This document shows, piece after piece, positions 19,290 to 28,951 of a DNA stretch of 64,000 nt (positions are counted from its first letter, which is position 1; the number at the start of each line of letters is the position of its first letter). Below the pieces are notes generated by a model. It was not told the origin of the DNA. It saw nothing but the letters and a program-made list of their open reading frames with translations, and searched no databases. The translations under genes were made by a program, and so were the position numbers. The stretch comes from Syntrophorhabdales bacterium (GTDB lineage: Bacteria > Desulfobacterota > Syntrophorhabdia > Syntrophorhabdales > WCHB1-27). The stretch covers positions 10,701-74,700 of the forward strand of contig DATKNH010000123.1 in the NCBI GenBank assembly GCA_035541455.1, written 5' to 3'.

Positions 19290-19318
19290 TTGACAGCCGG
19301 GAGGTTCTGCATTAGAAC
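19290..19318 (+). promoter_or_regulatory. Putative sigma-70-type promoter of glgX (TTGACA-17-TAGAAC)
   Basis: Perfect -35 hexamer, 17-nt spacer, -10 TAGAAC. The RBS GGAAGGTGAG precedes the ATG at 19340. Confidence 0.45.
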
Positions 19319-19339
19319 CTTAGCTGGGAAGGTGAGATC

Positions 19340-21478
19340 ATGGCCTACGAGCTTATTCAGAAGACAAACAAACGACTTTCTCCCGGAACGTTTTACCCTC
19401 TCGGTGCAACGCCGATAGCCGACGGGGTAAATTTCTCCATCTACTCTCGATACGCCCGGGAGGTGTATCTCTTGCTCTTTGATCTGTCTGACGGAGAGCC
19501 TACGGATATTATTCAACTGGGGAGTCGTACCCGCTATTGCTGGCATACTTGTGTTCATGACATAGCAGCCGGGCAGCTCTATGGATACAAGATCAGGGGC
19601 GACTATAATCCGGCATGGGGTTCGAGGTTCAATGAACACAAACTTCTGATGGATCCTTACAGCAAGGCGCTTACCGGCAAGTTCAGGAATATTGACAATC
19701 TGCTGCTGGCTTATGATGCTTCTTCACCGGGCAGGGACCTTACTGTGGACGCGAGGGACAGCACCCGGATCGTTCCCAAGTCCATAGTGGTCGATGACGA
19801 CGCTTTCGATTGGCAGGGCGATGTGCCGCCGGGCATTGCCCCCGAGGATATGATTATCTACGAGGTACACGTAAAAGGATTTACCGCACACCCATCGTCA
19901 GGAGTCTCCAAACCGGGCACCTATCTGGGCTTTATCGAAAAAATCCCCTACCTGAAGACCCTCGGAATCAACGCTGTCGAGTTAATGCCCGTGCACGAGT
20001 TTTATGTTGACGATTTTCTGCTCGCAAAGGGCCTGACCAACTACTGGGGGTATAACAGCATCGGTTTTTTTGCGCCGGAAAGCTCTTACGGCACCGGGGT
20101 AAAGCCCGGCTGCCAGGTGAATGAATTCAAGACACTGGTTCGGGAACTCCACAAGGCCGGCATCGAGGTGATCCTCGATGTGGTCTATAATCATAGCGGC
20201 GAGGGAAATGAACTGGGGCCGACCATCTGTTTCAAGGGCGTGGATAACGGCACCTACTACGCGCTTGCCGGGACAGGCGGTGAGCCGTTCCGCTACTATA
20301 TGAATTACACGGGCTGCGGCAACAGCCTGAACCTGTCCAATCCCCATGTCATACGGTTTGTAATGGATTCTCTCCGGTACTGGGTTCAGATGATGCATGT
20401 TGATGGCTTCAGGTTCGATCTGGCGTCAGTCCTGGGGCGGGAGGATGGTTATTTTCGCACGTCAGCCTCCTTCTTTGACGCTGTGTCGCAGGACCCGCTG
20501 CTCTCGCGCGTGAAGCTCGTCGCAGAACCCTGGGATATAGGAACCTACCAGGTGGGCAATTTTCCCATAGACTGGTCGGAGTGGAACGGGAAATTCAGGG
20601 ACACTGTGCGAAAATTCGGCAAGGGCGACACCGGACAGGTGAAGGACATGGGCTGGCGGCTCACGGGCTCTGCCGACCTCTACGGAGACGATGGAAGGTC
20701 CGCCTATAACAGCATCAACTTCGTGACCTGCCACGACGGATTCACGCTCAATGACCTGGTTTCGTACAATTACAAGCATAACGAGGCCAACCAGGAAAAC
20801 AACAACGACGGGAGTAATGACAATAATTCGTGGAATTGCGGCGTTGAAGGAAAGACCGATGACCCGGCAGTCTTAAAACTGAGAAAGCAACTGGTGAAAA
20901 ATTATATCTGTCATCTCATCTTTTCATCCGGTATGCCGATGATACTCGGCGGTGACGAGTGCATGAGGACACAAGCAGGCAACAACAACGCGTACTGCCA
21001 GGATAATGAATTGAGCTGGTTTGATTGGCGACTGATTGATGAGCATGCGGACGTTATTGAATTCGTGAGGAAAGCAATTGCTCTCGAGAAAAGATTTAGC
21101 GTACTCCGAAGACGAAAGTTCTTGCTGGGTGAAGATCTGGACGCAGACAGCGTGCCGGATCTGACGTGGTACGGATTTAATCTGGACACGCCTGCATGGG
21201 ATGATCCGGAGCTCCGCACAATGTGCTACAAGCTCGAAGAGCAGGAGAGCGACTCAGCTGCCAGCGGTTATCACATATTCTTTATCTTGAATGGAGACTG
21301 GAGAGAACAGAGAGTAGCGCTGCCGCTCCTCGCTGATGGCAAGCGCTGGTACAGGGTGATTGATACGAGCCTCCCTACGGGAGAGGACTTTTCTGCCGAG
21401 GGCGCCGAAGTGCTGATAGACCCTTCGGCATATTACATTGCCAATCCCAGGAGCACCGTCGCACTTCTCGGCAAATAG
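19340..21478 (+). CDS. glgX: Glycogen debranching enzyme (GH13, GlgX type)
   Basis: An N-terminal CBM48-like region is followed by the GH13 motifs DVVYNH, GFRFDLA, EPWD and FVTCHDGF. Confidence 0.9.
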   Translation: MAYELIQKTNKRLSPGTFYPLGATPIADGVNFSIYSRYAREVYLLLFDLSDGEPTDIIQLGSRTRYCWHTCVHDIAAGQLYGYKIRGDYNPAWGSRFNEHKLLMDPYSKALTGKFRNIDNLLLAYDASSPGRDLTVDARDSTRIVPKSIVVDDDAFDWQGDVPPGIAPEDMIIYEVHVKGFTAHPSSGVSKPGTYLGFIEKIPYLKTLGINAVELMPVHEFYVDDFLLAKGLTNYWGYNSIGFFAPESSYGTGVKPGCQVNEFKTLVRELHKAGIEVILDVVYNHSGEGNELGPTICFKGVDNGTYYALAGTGGEPFRYYMNYTGCGNSLNLSNPHVIRFVMDSLRYWVQMMHVDGFRFDLASVLGREDGYFRTSASFFDAVSQDPLLSRVKLVAEPWDIGTYQVGNFPIDWSEWNGKFRDTVRKFGKGDTGQVKDMGWRLTGSADLYGDDGRSAYNSINFVTCHDGFTLNDLVSYNYKHNEANQENNNDGSNDNNSWNCGVEGKTDDPAVLKLRKQLVKNYICHLIFSSGMPMILGGDECMRTQAGNNNAYCQDNELSWFDWRLIDEHADVIEFVRKAIALEKRFSVLRRRKFLLGEDLDADSVPDLTWYGFNLDTPAWDDPELRTMCYKLEEQESDSAASGYHIFFILNGDWREQRVALPLLADGKRWYRVIDTSLPTGEDFSAEGAEVLIDPSAYYIANPRSTVALLGK

Positions 21479-21499
21479 GGTCGCAGCCTTGCTGATCCC

Positions 21500-21676
21500 T
21501 CACGCTGTGGTGATATTGTAGCTGCGGCACTCGGGGCAGGATACTGACGCGGGTTTACTTTTGCTCACATCTTCTTTGCCGGTCGCCGAGCGGCCTTGAG
21601 GCTGGATTTCTTTGGACTCCTTGATTTCGAACCGGCAGCCACAATCGTTGCAGAGCAACTGTTTCGATTTCATAAA
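21500..21676 (-). CDS. FmdB-family zinc-ribbon small protein
   Basis: MKSKQLLCNDCGCRFE...SCPECRSYN carries two CxxC pairs. The start is taken at the internal ATG of the 104-aa ORF. Confidence 0.55.
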   Translation of the reverse strand, partial: FMKSKQLLCNDCGCRFEIKESKEIQPQGRSATGKEDVSKSKPASVSCPECRSYNITTA

Positions 21677-21845
21677 GGCTCCTTCGTTATTATCTATAGT
21701 CATACTATAAGGCAGAGAAACGAATTGTCTAGGCCAAAGCCTTATGTGTCTGCGGCATCTATCGGAAGATCTTTCCATATTTCGATTGACCAGGTGTCCC
21801 TCTGCGTCTATCATTCATTACATGAAGAATTGAGACTCGGTACAT

Positions 21846-23450
21846 ATGCTGAATAAAGATTGCGTCACGCAGCTCAACAGAGCAGATGGTATATCGGAAT
21901 CAGAGAGAGAAGCGGTGCTGCGCCTGTTTTGCGAAGCGGGCAATGTCAACCTGGTTGCATTAGTCGGCCAGTACCTCGCCTCCATGAATCAGGATCTGGA
22001 TAGCAGATGGCTGGCGCAGAAGCTGACGCCGCCTCAAATCATTGAGGGGAAACTGCCCGATGATGCAGACGAAGTAGTTGACATCGTAGGCATCGGAGGT
22101 ATGTTTGCGTACCTGAACCTGCTTTACCAGGCGCACAAACATGGAGGGCGCCACGCTGTTGTCACGAATCCGCGCGATATATTCAGCTTTTCCGGGTGGA
22201 CCGTGCACCCCGAAGAAGACATGGATCAGCGGCTCATAGAGATGTTCCAGACAAAGTCGCTCGTGGTCAATGAAGCGAAACGTATTCTGGGATTCATCGA
22301 CGGGCCCCAGTTTATCCGTCATAAGGCGTTCAAGATCGATTATGAAAGTGTGGCAGCCATGCTGATGGACAACAGGCAAGAGCTGATCAAGAATGTGAAG
22401 GTGGCGTTGCACTACTCGCTTCTTGAGCTGGCCGACACGGACAAACGATACGCAAGACGCAACCTGAAGAGGAATCAGGCAACGCTGTGCGCCCTCGAGG
22501 AGATGGGTCTTGTCGGCGATGATCCGGGGCATGACGTGGCGAATCTGTGCGGCAGGGTGGTATTTGAAATTGAAGGCGAAGGCAAAATAAAATGGAAAAA
22601 CAGGCTGAAAGAGGAATTCGGAATTGCGGAAAGGCTTCTCACGCAGAAGGAAGTAGAGCAACTCTACGGCTCCACGATTCCAATGATGGACGAGATCAAG
22701 AGCGGAAGGATACGAGCTGTGCGATATCCGGGCGGCCATTTCGTGCTGGGTCACAAGGAGAATGCCCTCGCCTACGCGAGAGAGAGGAATATTCTGGTCT
22801 ACGACAACGCGGTTGTTTCTCGTATAATCGTCGACACCGCACTCGGCAAACATGCCCTCGCGCTCAAGCTCGCCGATGGCACGGAGAAGAGCATCATTGC
22901 TGATGTGCTGCTTATGGCCTTGGGGAATTATGATAGGGATATCATCACCGTCGATGGCGTGAGCGCGCTCTTTGCCGTCATTACCGAAAGCAGCAGTTAC
23001 AGGATTCATCCCGCAGGGATGGGCGAGGGTGGGACCATCCACGTGGTCCCCGTCTGGTCACTGCAGACATCCAAAGAGGGGAGGGTTCTTTATTATCACC
23101 TAGGCAAAGCGACAAATGGCGCCATCATGGGAAGAGACCCTCTGCGCCCCAAGTCGCTCGATCGGGACAGGTCCTTCCTGCTTCACCTTGGGGCCAGCTT
23201 GAAGCGTATCGTTCCGCCTGACGGAACGTTTCTATGGCTCGCTGCTACAGAATGCGGACGACCCGTATCAGCATTGCAGGGCTACAGCGTTGCTCCGCTG
23301 TACGATCAGGTGAGATCTGGCAGAGGCTCCGCCGGAAGGTATCCCCCCAGTTTTAACGCAACCGGCGGCTGTGGTCTGGGGGCGAACACGGCAATCATTC
23401 CTGAAGTTCAGGACGTGCTCGACCAGAGGAACATGCACCGAGAGAGATAA
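21846..23450 (+). CDS. Hypothetical 534-aa protein, possibly a very divergent FAD/NAD(P)-binding oxidoreductase
   Basis: It is the longest frame here; the antisense 360-aa ORF looks like a shadow. There are weak dinucleotide-fold hints (VDIVGIGGMFA near residue 80, ATGGCGLG near the C-terminus). I recognise no confident family. Confidence 0.5.
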   Translation: MLNKDCVTQLNRADGISESEREAVLRLFCEAGNVNLVALVGQYLASMNQDLDSRWLAQKLTPPQIIEGKLPDDADEVVDIVGIGGMFAYLNLLYQAHKHGGRHAVVTNPRDIFSFSGWTVHPEEDMDQRLIEMFQTKSLVVNEAKRILGFIDGPQFIRHKAFKIDYESVAAMLMDNRQELIKNVKVALHYSLLELADTDKRYARRNLKRNQATLCALEEMGLVGDDPGHDVANLCGRVVFEIEGEGKIKWKNRLKEEFGIAERLLTQKEVEQLYGSTIPMMDEIKSGRIRAVRYPGGHFVLGHKENALAYARERNILVYDNAVVSRIIVDTALGKHALALKLADGTEKSIIADVLLMALGNYDRDIITVDGVSALFAVITESSSYRIHPAGMGEGGTIHVVPVWSLQTSKEGRVLYYHLGKATNGAIMGRDPLRPKSLDRDRSFLLHLGASLKRIVPPDGTFLWLAATECGRPVSALQGYSVAPLYDQVRSGRGSAGRYPPSFNATGGCGLGANTAIIPEVQDVLDQRNMHRER

Positions 23451-23466
23451 CGCTGGCTGGAAGAGA

Positions 23467-24600
23467 TCAATCAAGCGATTTCTGGAAGCGAAGAACACTG
23501 ACCGTCAGCATGATTATACTCAAAAGAGCCATTCCAGCCATCTCCTGCCAGAGCTCGGCGAGTCCGCCTCCTTTAAGGTAGATGCTCCGCAAGACTTCCT
23601 GGAAGTAACGAAGCGGGTTAAGATAGGTCAGCCACTGCATCACCTCGGGCATGCTGCTGATGGGTGAGCCGAATCCGGAAAAGAGAATTGCGGGCATGAT
23701 AAAAAAGAATGCGGTTACCATTGCCTGCTGCTGTGTCCTTGATACCGTGGAGATGAAAAGCCCGATGGCGAGCACGCACATCAGGAAGAGGACCGTGCCA
23801 AGGGCCAGCACACCCAGACTGCCGCGCAACGGAACACCGAACCAGAGTGTGCCGAACGCCGAAATCAGGATTGCATCAAAGAGCCCGATAATGAAGAAAG
23901 GGACTGTTTTCCCGAGAATAAATTCGACGCGCCGGATGGGAGTGACCATCATCTGCTCGAGCGTCCCTATTTCGCGCTCCCTTACCACGGAAAAAGCGGT
24001 CAGGTTCATGACGATCAACATGATCAGGTTGCCGATCACGCCTGGAATGAAGAACCAGCGGTCCGATATGTCGACGTTATACCAGGGCCTGCGATCGAGC
24101 ACAATGCGCGGTATACCCGACAGAAGCGCGGGCGCTGTGCGCTCCAGACGCTGAATCTGAAAGTCCTGGGCAAAGTTCGCTGCCACCTGGTTAACGTAGC
24201 CGAGGCCGATAAGCGCAGTGTTCGAGCTTGCAGCATCCACAATCACCTGGATGGGCGCTGTTTCGCCCTTACCGAGTAAGCGGGCGAAACCCTCATTGAT
24301 CTGTATCGCCAGGATCACATCGCCCCGCTCGATCAGGAGAGGGATCTGTCTTCGGTCCGCGGGGATCTGGCGTACCTGGAAGTAGTGACTTGCCGCAAAG
24401 CGGGAGATGAGATCGCGGCTCGCCTGGGTGTTATCGTAATCGACCACGGCGGTAGGCATATGTTTGATCTCCAGCGTGGCCGCGTACCCGAAGATGAGCA
24501 TCTGCAACATTGGGGGAACGATAAGAACAAAGCGGGTCCTCCTGTCGCGAAGGACCTGGATAAATTCCTTGATTAGCATCTGGCGCAGACGGCCCAGCAT
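23467..24600 (-). CDS. ABC-2 type transporter permease (YbhR/YbhS-like)
   Basis: N-terminal cytoplasmic segment, a large periplasmic loop, then 5 C-terminal TM helices. Paralog of the upstream gene. Confidence 0.85.
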   Translation of the reverse strand: MLGRLRQMLIKEFIQVLRDRRTRFVLIVPPMLQMLIFGYAATLEIKHMPTAVVDYDNTQASRDLISRFAASHYFQVRQIPADRRQIPLLIERGDVILAIQINEGFARLLGKGETAPIQVIVDAASSNTALIGLGYVNQVAANFAQDFQIQRLERTAPALLSGIPRIVLDRRPWYNVDISDRWFFIPGVIGNLIMLIVMNLTAFSVVREREIGTLEQMMVTPIRRVEFILGKTVPFFIIGLFDAILISAFGTLWFGVPLRGSLGVLALGTVLFLMCVLAIGLFISTVSRTQQQAMVTAFFFIMPAILFSGFGSPISSMPEVMQWLTYLNPLRYFQEVLRSIYLKGGGLAELWQEMAGMALLSIIMLTVSVLRFQKSLD

Positions 24601-24609
24601 AATTCCCCG

Positions 24610-25743
24610 TTAGGTCAGTTTCTTCTTGAAACTGCGTGTCGCGACGAAGACGAGAAGGCACGACATAAACGCCAGGGCAAGGAGATCATTCAGCAGTAGT
24701 GTGATCGGCGATCCTTTCAGGAAGACATTGCGGATCACGTCCATATAGTACCTTGCCGGCATGATATACGTCACCGCCTGAACGGCGACGGGCATCTGCT
24801 CTATCGGAAAGAGAAATCCCGACAGCAAGAATGCCGGGAGGAATGTGGCGAGGAGCGAAATCTGACTGGCTGCAAGCTGTGATTTCGCAACAACGGAAAA
24901 GAAATATCCGAGCGACAGAACCACGATCAGAAAAAGAGCAGAGGCAATGAAGAAGACGCTCCAGCTGCCGCGGAAAGGCACGCCGAACCATAATGTGCCA
25001 AACCCGACGCACAAACAGGTATCCAGCATGCCGATAACAAAATAAGGAGCCAGCTTGCCGAGCATCAATTCGAGCTCGGTCACGGGAGTGGAGATAAGCT
25101 GTTCCATGGTGCCTCTTTCCCATTCGCGTGCAATGGTCAGAGCGGTCAGGAATACCCCGATCACGGCCATTACAATGACGACAACCCCGGGCACGATGTT
25201 GACCATGCTCTCAAGATTCTCATTGAACCAGGTCCTCGACTCCACACTGATCGGCGGATTCATCTTCTTGATTCCATGACGCTGGATCCAGTCGAGTTGA
25301 ACCCGTTGCGAATAGGTCTGGATCACAGCCTGGCTGTAGGCAATCGCGATATTTGCAGTGTTGCTGTCTGTCGCATCGATCAACGCCTGTATGCTCACCG
25401 GCCCGCCTGCATTGAGCCTGAGAGAGAAGTCATGGGGAATCACGATGGCGAGCTTGCAGGCACCCCTGTCGAGCGCGCGAACGAGCGCCGCATAATCAGA
25501 TACCGCCTTTTTTACATTGAAATACTCAGATGCCTGAAAATGCTTCAGTAGGTTCTGGCTCTGCTGGCTGCCTTCGCGGTCGAAGACGTATACGGGCAGA
25601 TGCTTGATATCGAGGCTGATGCCATAGCCGAATGCAAGCATCATCGCGATCGGCATTGCCACAACAATACCTACGCTCCTGGCATCACGCACGATCTGAA
25701 GCACTTCTTTCTTGGCTACGGCGACCAGCCTGTGCAGCTTCAT
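24610..25743 (-). CDS. ABC-2 type transporter permease (YbhS/YbhR-like)
   Basis: Same architecture as 23467-24600. It overlaps the ATPase gene by 4 nt. Confidence 0.85.
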   Translation of the reverse strand: MKLHRLVAVAKKEVLQIVRDARSVGIVVAMPIAMMLAFGYGISLDIKHLPVYVFDREGSQQSQNLLKHFQASEYFNVKKAVSDYAALVRALDRGACKLAIVIPHDFSLRLNAGGPVSIQALIDATDSNTANIAIAYSQAVIQTYSQRVQLDWIQRHGIKKMNPPISVESRTWFNENLESMVNIVPGVVVIVMAVIGVFLTALTIAREWERGTMEQLISTPVTELELMLGKLAPYFVIGMLDTCLCVGFGTLWFGVPFRGSWSVFFIASALFLIVVLSLGYFFSVVAKSQLAASQISLLATFLPAFLLSGFLFPIEQMPVAVQAVTYIMPARYYMDVIRNVFLKGSPITLLLNDLLALAFMSCLLVFVATRSFKKKLT

Positions 25744-26753
25744 TGCACGTTTTTCGCCTCCGCTGATTTCGTGCGAGATTCTGCCTGCCGTGTCGTGAGC
25801 GCTACGAATACGTCTTCCAGTGTGGGGCTGATCGGTTCCATTTTTGACACGGTGACACCGTGCTCCGAGAGATACTCCATGAGACCTGCCATCCCCTCTT
25901 GTGCGTCAGTCACCACAACATGGACGGCGCTGCCGAAAATAGCTGCATCCAGAACGCCGGGTGCGTTCTGAAGAAGTTCCAGAGCATCACCCAGCGGCTC
26001 ACACCCCACGAGCAGAAGCTCACCCTTCATTGCTCCTGACTTGAGTTCAGATGGCGAACCGGAGGCAACAACCTTACCACGATCGATCAAGACGAGCTGG
26101 CGACAGTATTCCGCCTCGTCCATATAGTGTGTTGTGACAAACACGGTAACGCCCTCCGCAGCCATGCGGTGAATCAACTCCCAGAACTGTCGCCTTGATA
26201 CGGGGTCCACGCCTGAAGTCGGTTCATCAAGAAATAGTATCGAAGGGTGGTGCAGCACTGCGCACCCTAAGGCCAGACGCTGCTTCCATCCGGTTGCCAG
26301 GGTGCCTGTCAATGCGGACTCACGGCCTTTCAACCCTGCCATCTCCAGGACCCAATCAGCTCGTTCAGCCATTGCCGCATCCGGCACGCTGTACATACCC
26401 GCAAAGAACCTGATGTTCTCTATCACTTTCAGATCATTGTAGAGCGAGAACTTCTGAGACATGTAGCCGATCTTTTGACGCACTGCTTCGGGCTGACGCG
26501 CAACGTCAAGGCCTGCCACCGTGGCCTTGCCTTCTGTGGGACGCAGCAGGCCGCACAGTATCCGTATGGTTGTGGATTTGCCTGCGCCATTTGGTCCGAG
26601 GAAACCGAATATCTCTCCGGGCTGCGCCTCGAACGAGACGTGGTCCACGGCAACGAAATCGCCGAACTTTTTGACCAGATTGTTAACGATCACAGACGGA
26701 GTGCCGTTATTCTTTTCCATTCCTCGCACGTGCATTTTCGACTGTCTGAACAA
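25740..26753 (-). CDS. ABC transporter ATP-binding protein
   Basis: Walker A GPNGAGKST, signature LATGWKQR (degenerate LSGG), Walker B ILFLDEPT. TTG start with GAGGA upstream. Confidence 0.9.
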   Translation of the reverse strand: MFRQSKMHVRGMEKNNGTPSVIVNNLVKKFGDFVAVDHVSFEAQPGEIFGFLGPNGAGKSTTIRILCGLLRPTEGKATVAGLDVARQPEAVRQKIGYMSQKFSLYNDLKVIENIRFFAGMYSVPDAAMAERADWVLEMAGLKGRESALTGTLATGWKQRLALGCAVLHHPSILFLDEPTSGVDPVSRRQFWELIHRMAAEGVTVFVTTHYMDEAEYCRQLVLIDRGKVVASGSPSELKSGAMKGELLLVGCEPLGDALELLQNAPGVLDAAIFGSAVHVVVTDAQEGMAGLMEYLSEHGVTVSKMEPISPTLEDVFVALTTRQAESRTKSAEAKNVQ

Positions 26754-27657
26754 AGAGGTCCTCTACGTTTGGGACGATCCGTTCGATCCGATCAACCGGT
26801 AGATTGGCCGATTGAATCTGTGCCCGAAGCTCGGGAATCCGTCTCTTCGCATCATCCACCATGAGATGCAATCCATCTCCCACCAATACCATATTCAATA
26901 CGCCCTCCGTGTCTCTCAACAGATCCTTAAGCCGTCTCGGTTCAGGCGAAACCACGACAACAACGTCTCCCGATATTTTCTTCTTCAGCTCTGCAGGCGT
27001 ATCGGAATAGAGGAGCCGCCCCTGATGCAACAAGGCGACGCGGTGGCATCGCTCTGCTTCATCGAGATAAGAAGTGGAGATGAGTATTGCAACGTTTTCG
27101 CCGAGCAGAGAATAGAGAATACGCCAGAAATCGCGGCGGGAGACCGGATCAACGCCGTTCGTCGGTTCGTCGAGAAGAATCACCTGCGGTGTGTGTATCA
27201 AGGCACATATCAATCCCAGCTTCTGCTTCATTCCGCCGGAGAGCTTTCCCGCAAGCCGTTTACCGAAAGGGCCCATGCCCGCGGCATCAAGCAGGCTGGC
27301 TGCGCGCCGCTCCCTGTCAGCTCTGGACATGCCGAAAACACCGGCGTAAAAACGAATATTCTCATCCACGGTCAGATCTTCATAGAGACCGAAGCGCTGG
27401 GACATATAGCTGATATGATGTTTGACCCGCTCGGGGTGGCGGCCCACATCAAGGCCGGCAACTGTTGCCCGCCCGGAACTTGGTGTGAGCACACCGGCAA
27501 GCATGCGCAGCGTAGTTGTTTTGCCTGCGCCGTCGGGTCCAACCAAACCGAAAATTTCACCGGGTTTCACATCGAAGCTCAGGTGGTCCACGGCGACAAC
27601 GCCGGGGAACTGCATGGTCAACTCATCTACTTTGATGGCGTAGCCATTATCACTCAT
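26707..27657 (-). CDS. ABC transporter ATP-binding protein
   Basis: Walker A GPDGAGKTT, signature LSGGMKQK, Walker B ILLDEPT. Confidence 0.9.
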   Translation of the reverse strand: MSDNGYAIKVDELTMQFPGVVAVDHLSFDVKPGEIFGLVGPDGAGKTTTLRMLAGVLTPSSGRATVAGLDVGRHPERVKHHISYMSQRFGLYEDLTVDENIRFYAGVFGMSRADRERRAASLLDAAGMGPFGKRLAGKLSGGMKQKLGLICALIHTPQVILLDEPTNGVDPVSRRDFWRILYSLLGENVAILISTSYLDEAERCHRVALLHQGRLLYSDTPAELKKKISGDVVVVVSPEPRRLKDLLRDTEGVLNMVLVGDGLHLMVDDAKRRIPELRAQIQSANLPVDRIERIVPNVEDLFVQTVENARARNGKE

Positions 27658-27663
27658 AAGAAA

Positions 27664-28671
27664 TCAGCGAGCTGTCACATTAATCTCGGCATCGGCGGGC
27701 ATGCCGGGCTTCAGGTCGTGATTGGGATTTTCCAGATCGATTTTGATTCGATAGACTAACGTGACGCGTTCTTTATGTGTTTCGACGCTCTTCGGCGTAA
27801 ATTCAGCCACGGACGAGATGAACGACACACGGCCTATGTACGTCTTGTTGGGAAACGTATCTGTCTTCACCGTAGCAGATTGTCCCCATCGAACCTTTCC
27901 CAGATCTGTTTCGGCAACGTACCCGCGCAGCCACAGATGGTCCAAATCGGCAATCGTAACAACCGGCGTTCCCGGCTGCATCACTTCGCCAAGCTCGGCC
28001 TGACGCACGGTCACAACGCCGTTCTTCGGCGCCAGTAGTGACGTGTATTCGAGCCGAATGCGGGAAAGCGTGAGATTCTGCTTCGCTGTGTTCACGTTTG
28101 CTCGATTTATCGCAATCTGCTCCTTGCGTGTGCCTTCCACGAGCTCATCATACGTCTGCTTGCTCCGCTCGTACGTAGCCTGGGACCGTTTAAGATTCGT
28201 GGCTGCAACGTCCCTCGCCTCGGCAGAAACTCCTGCGTTCCTCTCGTATAATGCCTGATTGCGCTGGAACTCGATCTTCTTCAACTCCACATCAGCCTGA
28301 GCATCGAGCACCGCCTGCTCTGCGGCCTTGATTTCCTGCGTGCGGCTTCCGGCCAGCGCGAGGTCCAATTCCGCCTGGCGGGATGAGACCGCAGCTTCAT
28401 CCACGTTGACCTGCTGCAGGTAGTCCTTGCCGTCAAGCCGCGCGATAAGGTCTCCCTCTTTGACGGACTGACCTTCTTCCACGAGTAGTTCATCGAGACG
28501 GCCCTGGACCTTGAATCCCACGAGGCTTTCGTGGGCTTCGATGTTGCCGGAAATCGAAAGAACTTTTGATGGAGGCTTTTGCGCACCCCAGCGTGCATAT
28601 AAAAGAATGACCGAAACGACCACTAAGATGAGAATGAGCAGAGCGATGATCTTCTTTTTCATGGCAGCCAA
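27664..28671 (-). CDS. HlyD-family membrane fusion protein (YbhG-like)
   Basis: N-terminal TM anchor, then lipoyl, coiled-coil and beta-barrel segments typical of periplasmic adaptor proteins. Confidence 0.85.
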   Translation of the reverse strand: MAAMKKKIIALLILILVVVSVILLYARWGAQKPPSKVLSISGNIEAHESLVGFKVQGRLDELLVEEGQSVKEGDLIARLDGKDYLQQVNVDEAAVSSRQAELDLALAGSRTQEIKAAEQAVLDAQADVELKKIEFQRNQALYERNAGVSAEARDVAATNLKRSQATYERSKQTYDELVEGTRKEQIAINRANVNTAKQNLTLSRIRLEYTSLLAPKNGVVTVRQAELGEVMQPGTPVVTIADLDHLWLRGYVAETDLGKVRWGQSATVKTDTFPNKTYIGRVSFISSVAEFTPKSVETHKERVTLVYRIKIDLENPNHDLKPGMPADAEINVTAR

Positions 28672-28951
28672 ACCCTTTTCTCCGAAGTATATCGGCTCAT
28701 CACCAGGTAATTATCAAAATCTGCCCTGCCGGAAGAACTTTTCCCGAGTTGCGACTTCAAGGACGGATTGGGGTACCCACTAGGCGAGCAAGAACGTTCC
28801 GGAGGACAATCTGCACGCATGGGTACCCTTTGGGTAGGCGCGCTGATTGAGTGATTGCGAGCCTTTAGTGGGTCAACCGCCCGGAGCGGAGCAGCGAGGG
28901 AAATAGTGTTCCGGCAGGATCCTGTTTTCATAGGACTTTTGACAACACCCA

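Noticed and set aside
21960-23042. 360-aa ORF antisense to the 534-aa hypothetical gene
   Set aside because: It is shorter than the sense frame, and its composition (R/H/L/Q-rich, many FxF runs) looks non-protein-like. The sense frame has a plausible start context. Kept as a shadow ORF, although neither frame has a family assignment.
26812-27759. 315-aa ORF antisense to the ABC ATPase gene (similar cases at 34453-35358, 37317-38219, 573-1229 and 1879-2748)
   Set aside because: Each one opposes a gene with unmistakable family motifs (Walker A/B, nitrilase, LepB/TPR, YceI, PbpC). None shows motifs of its own.
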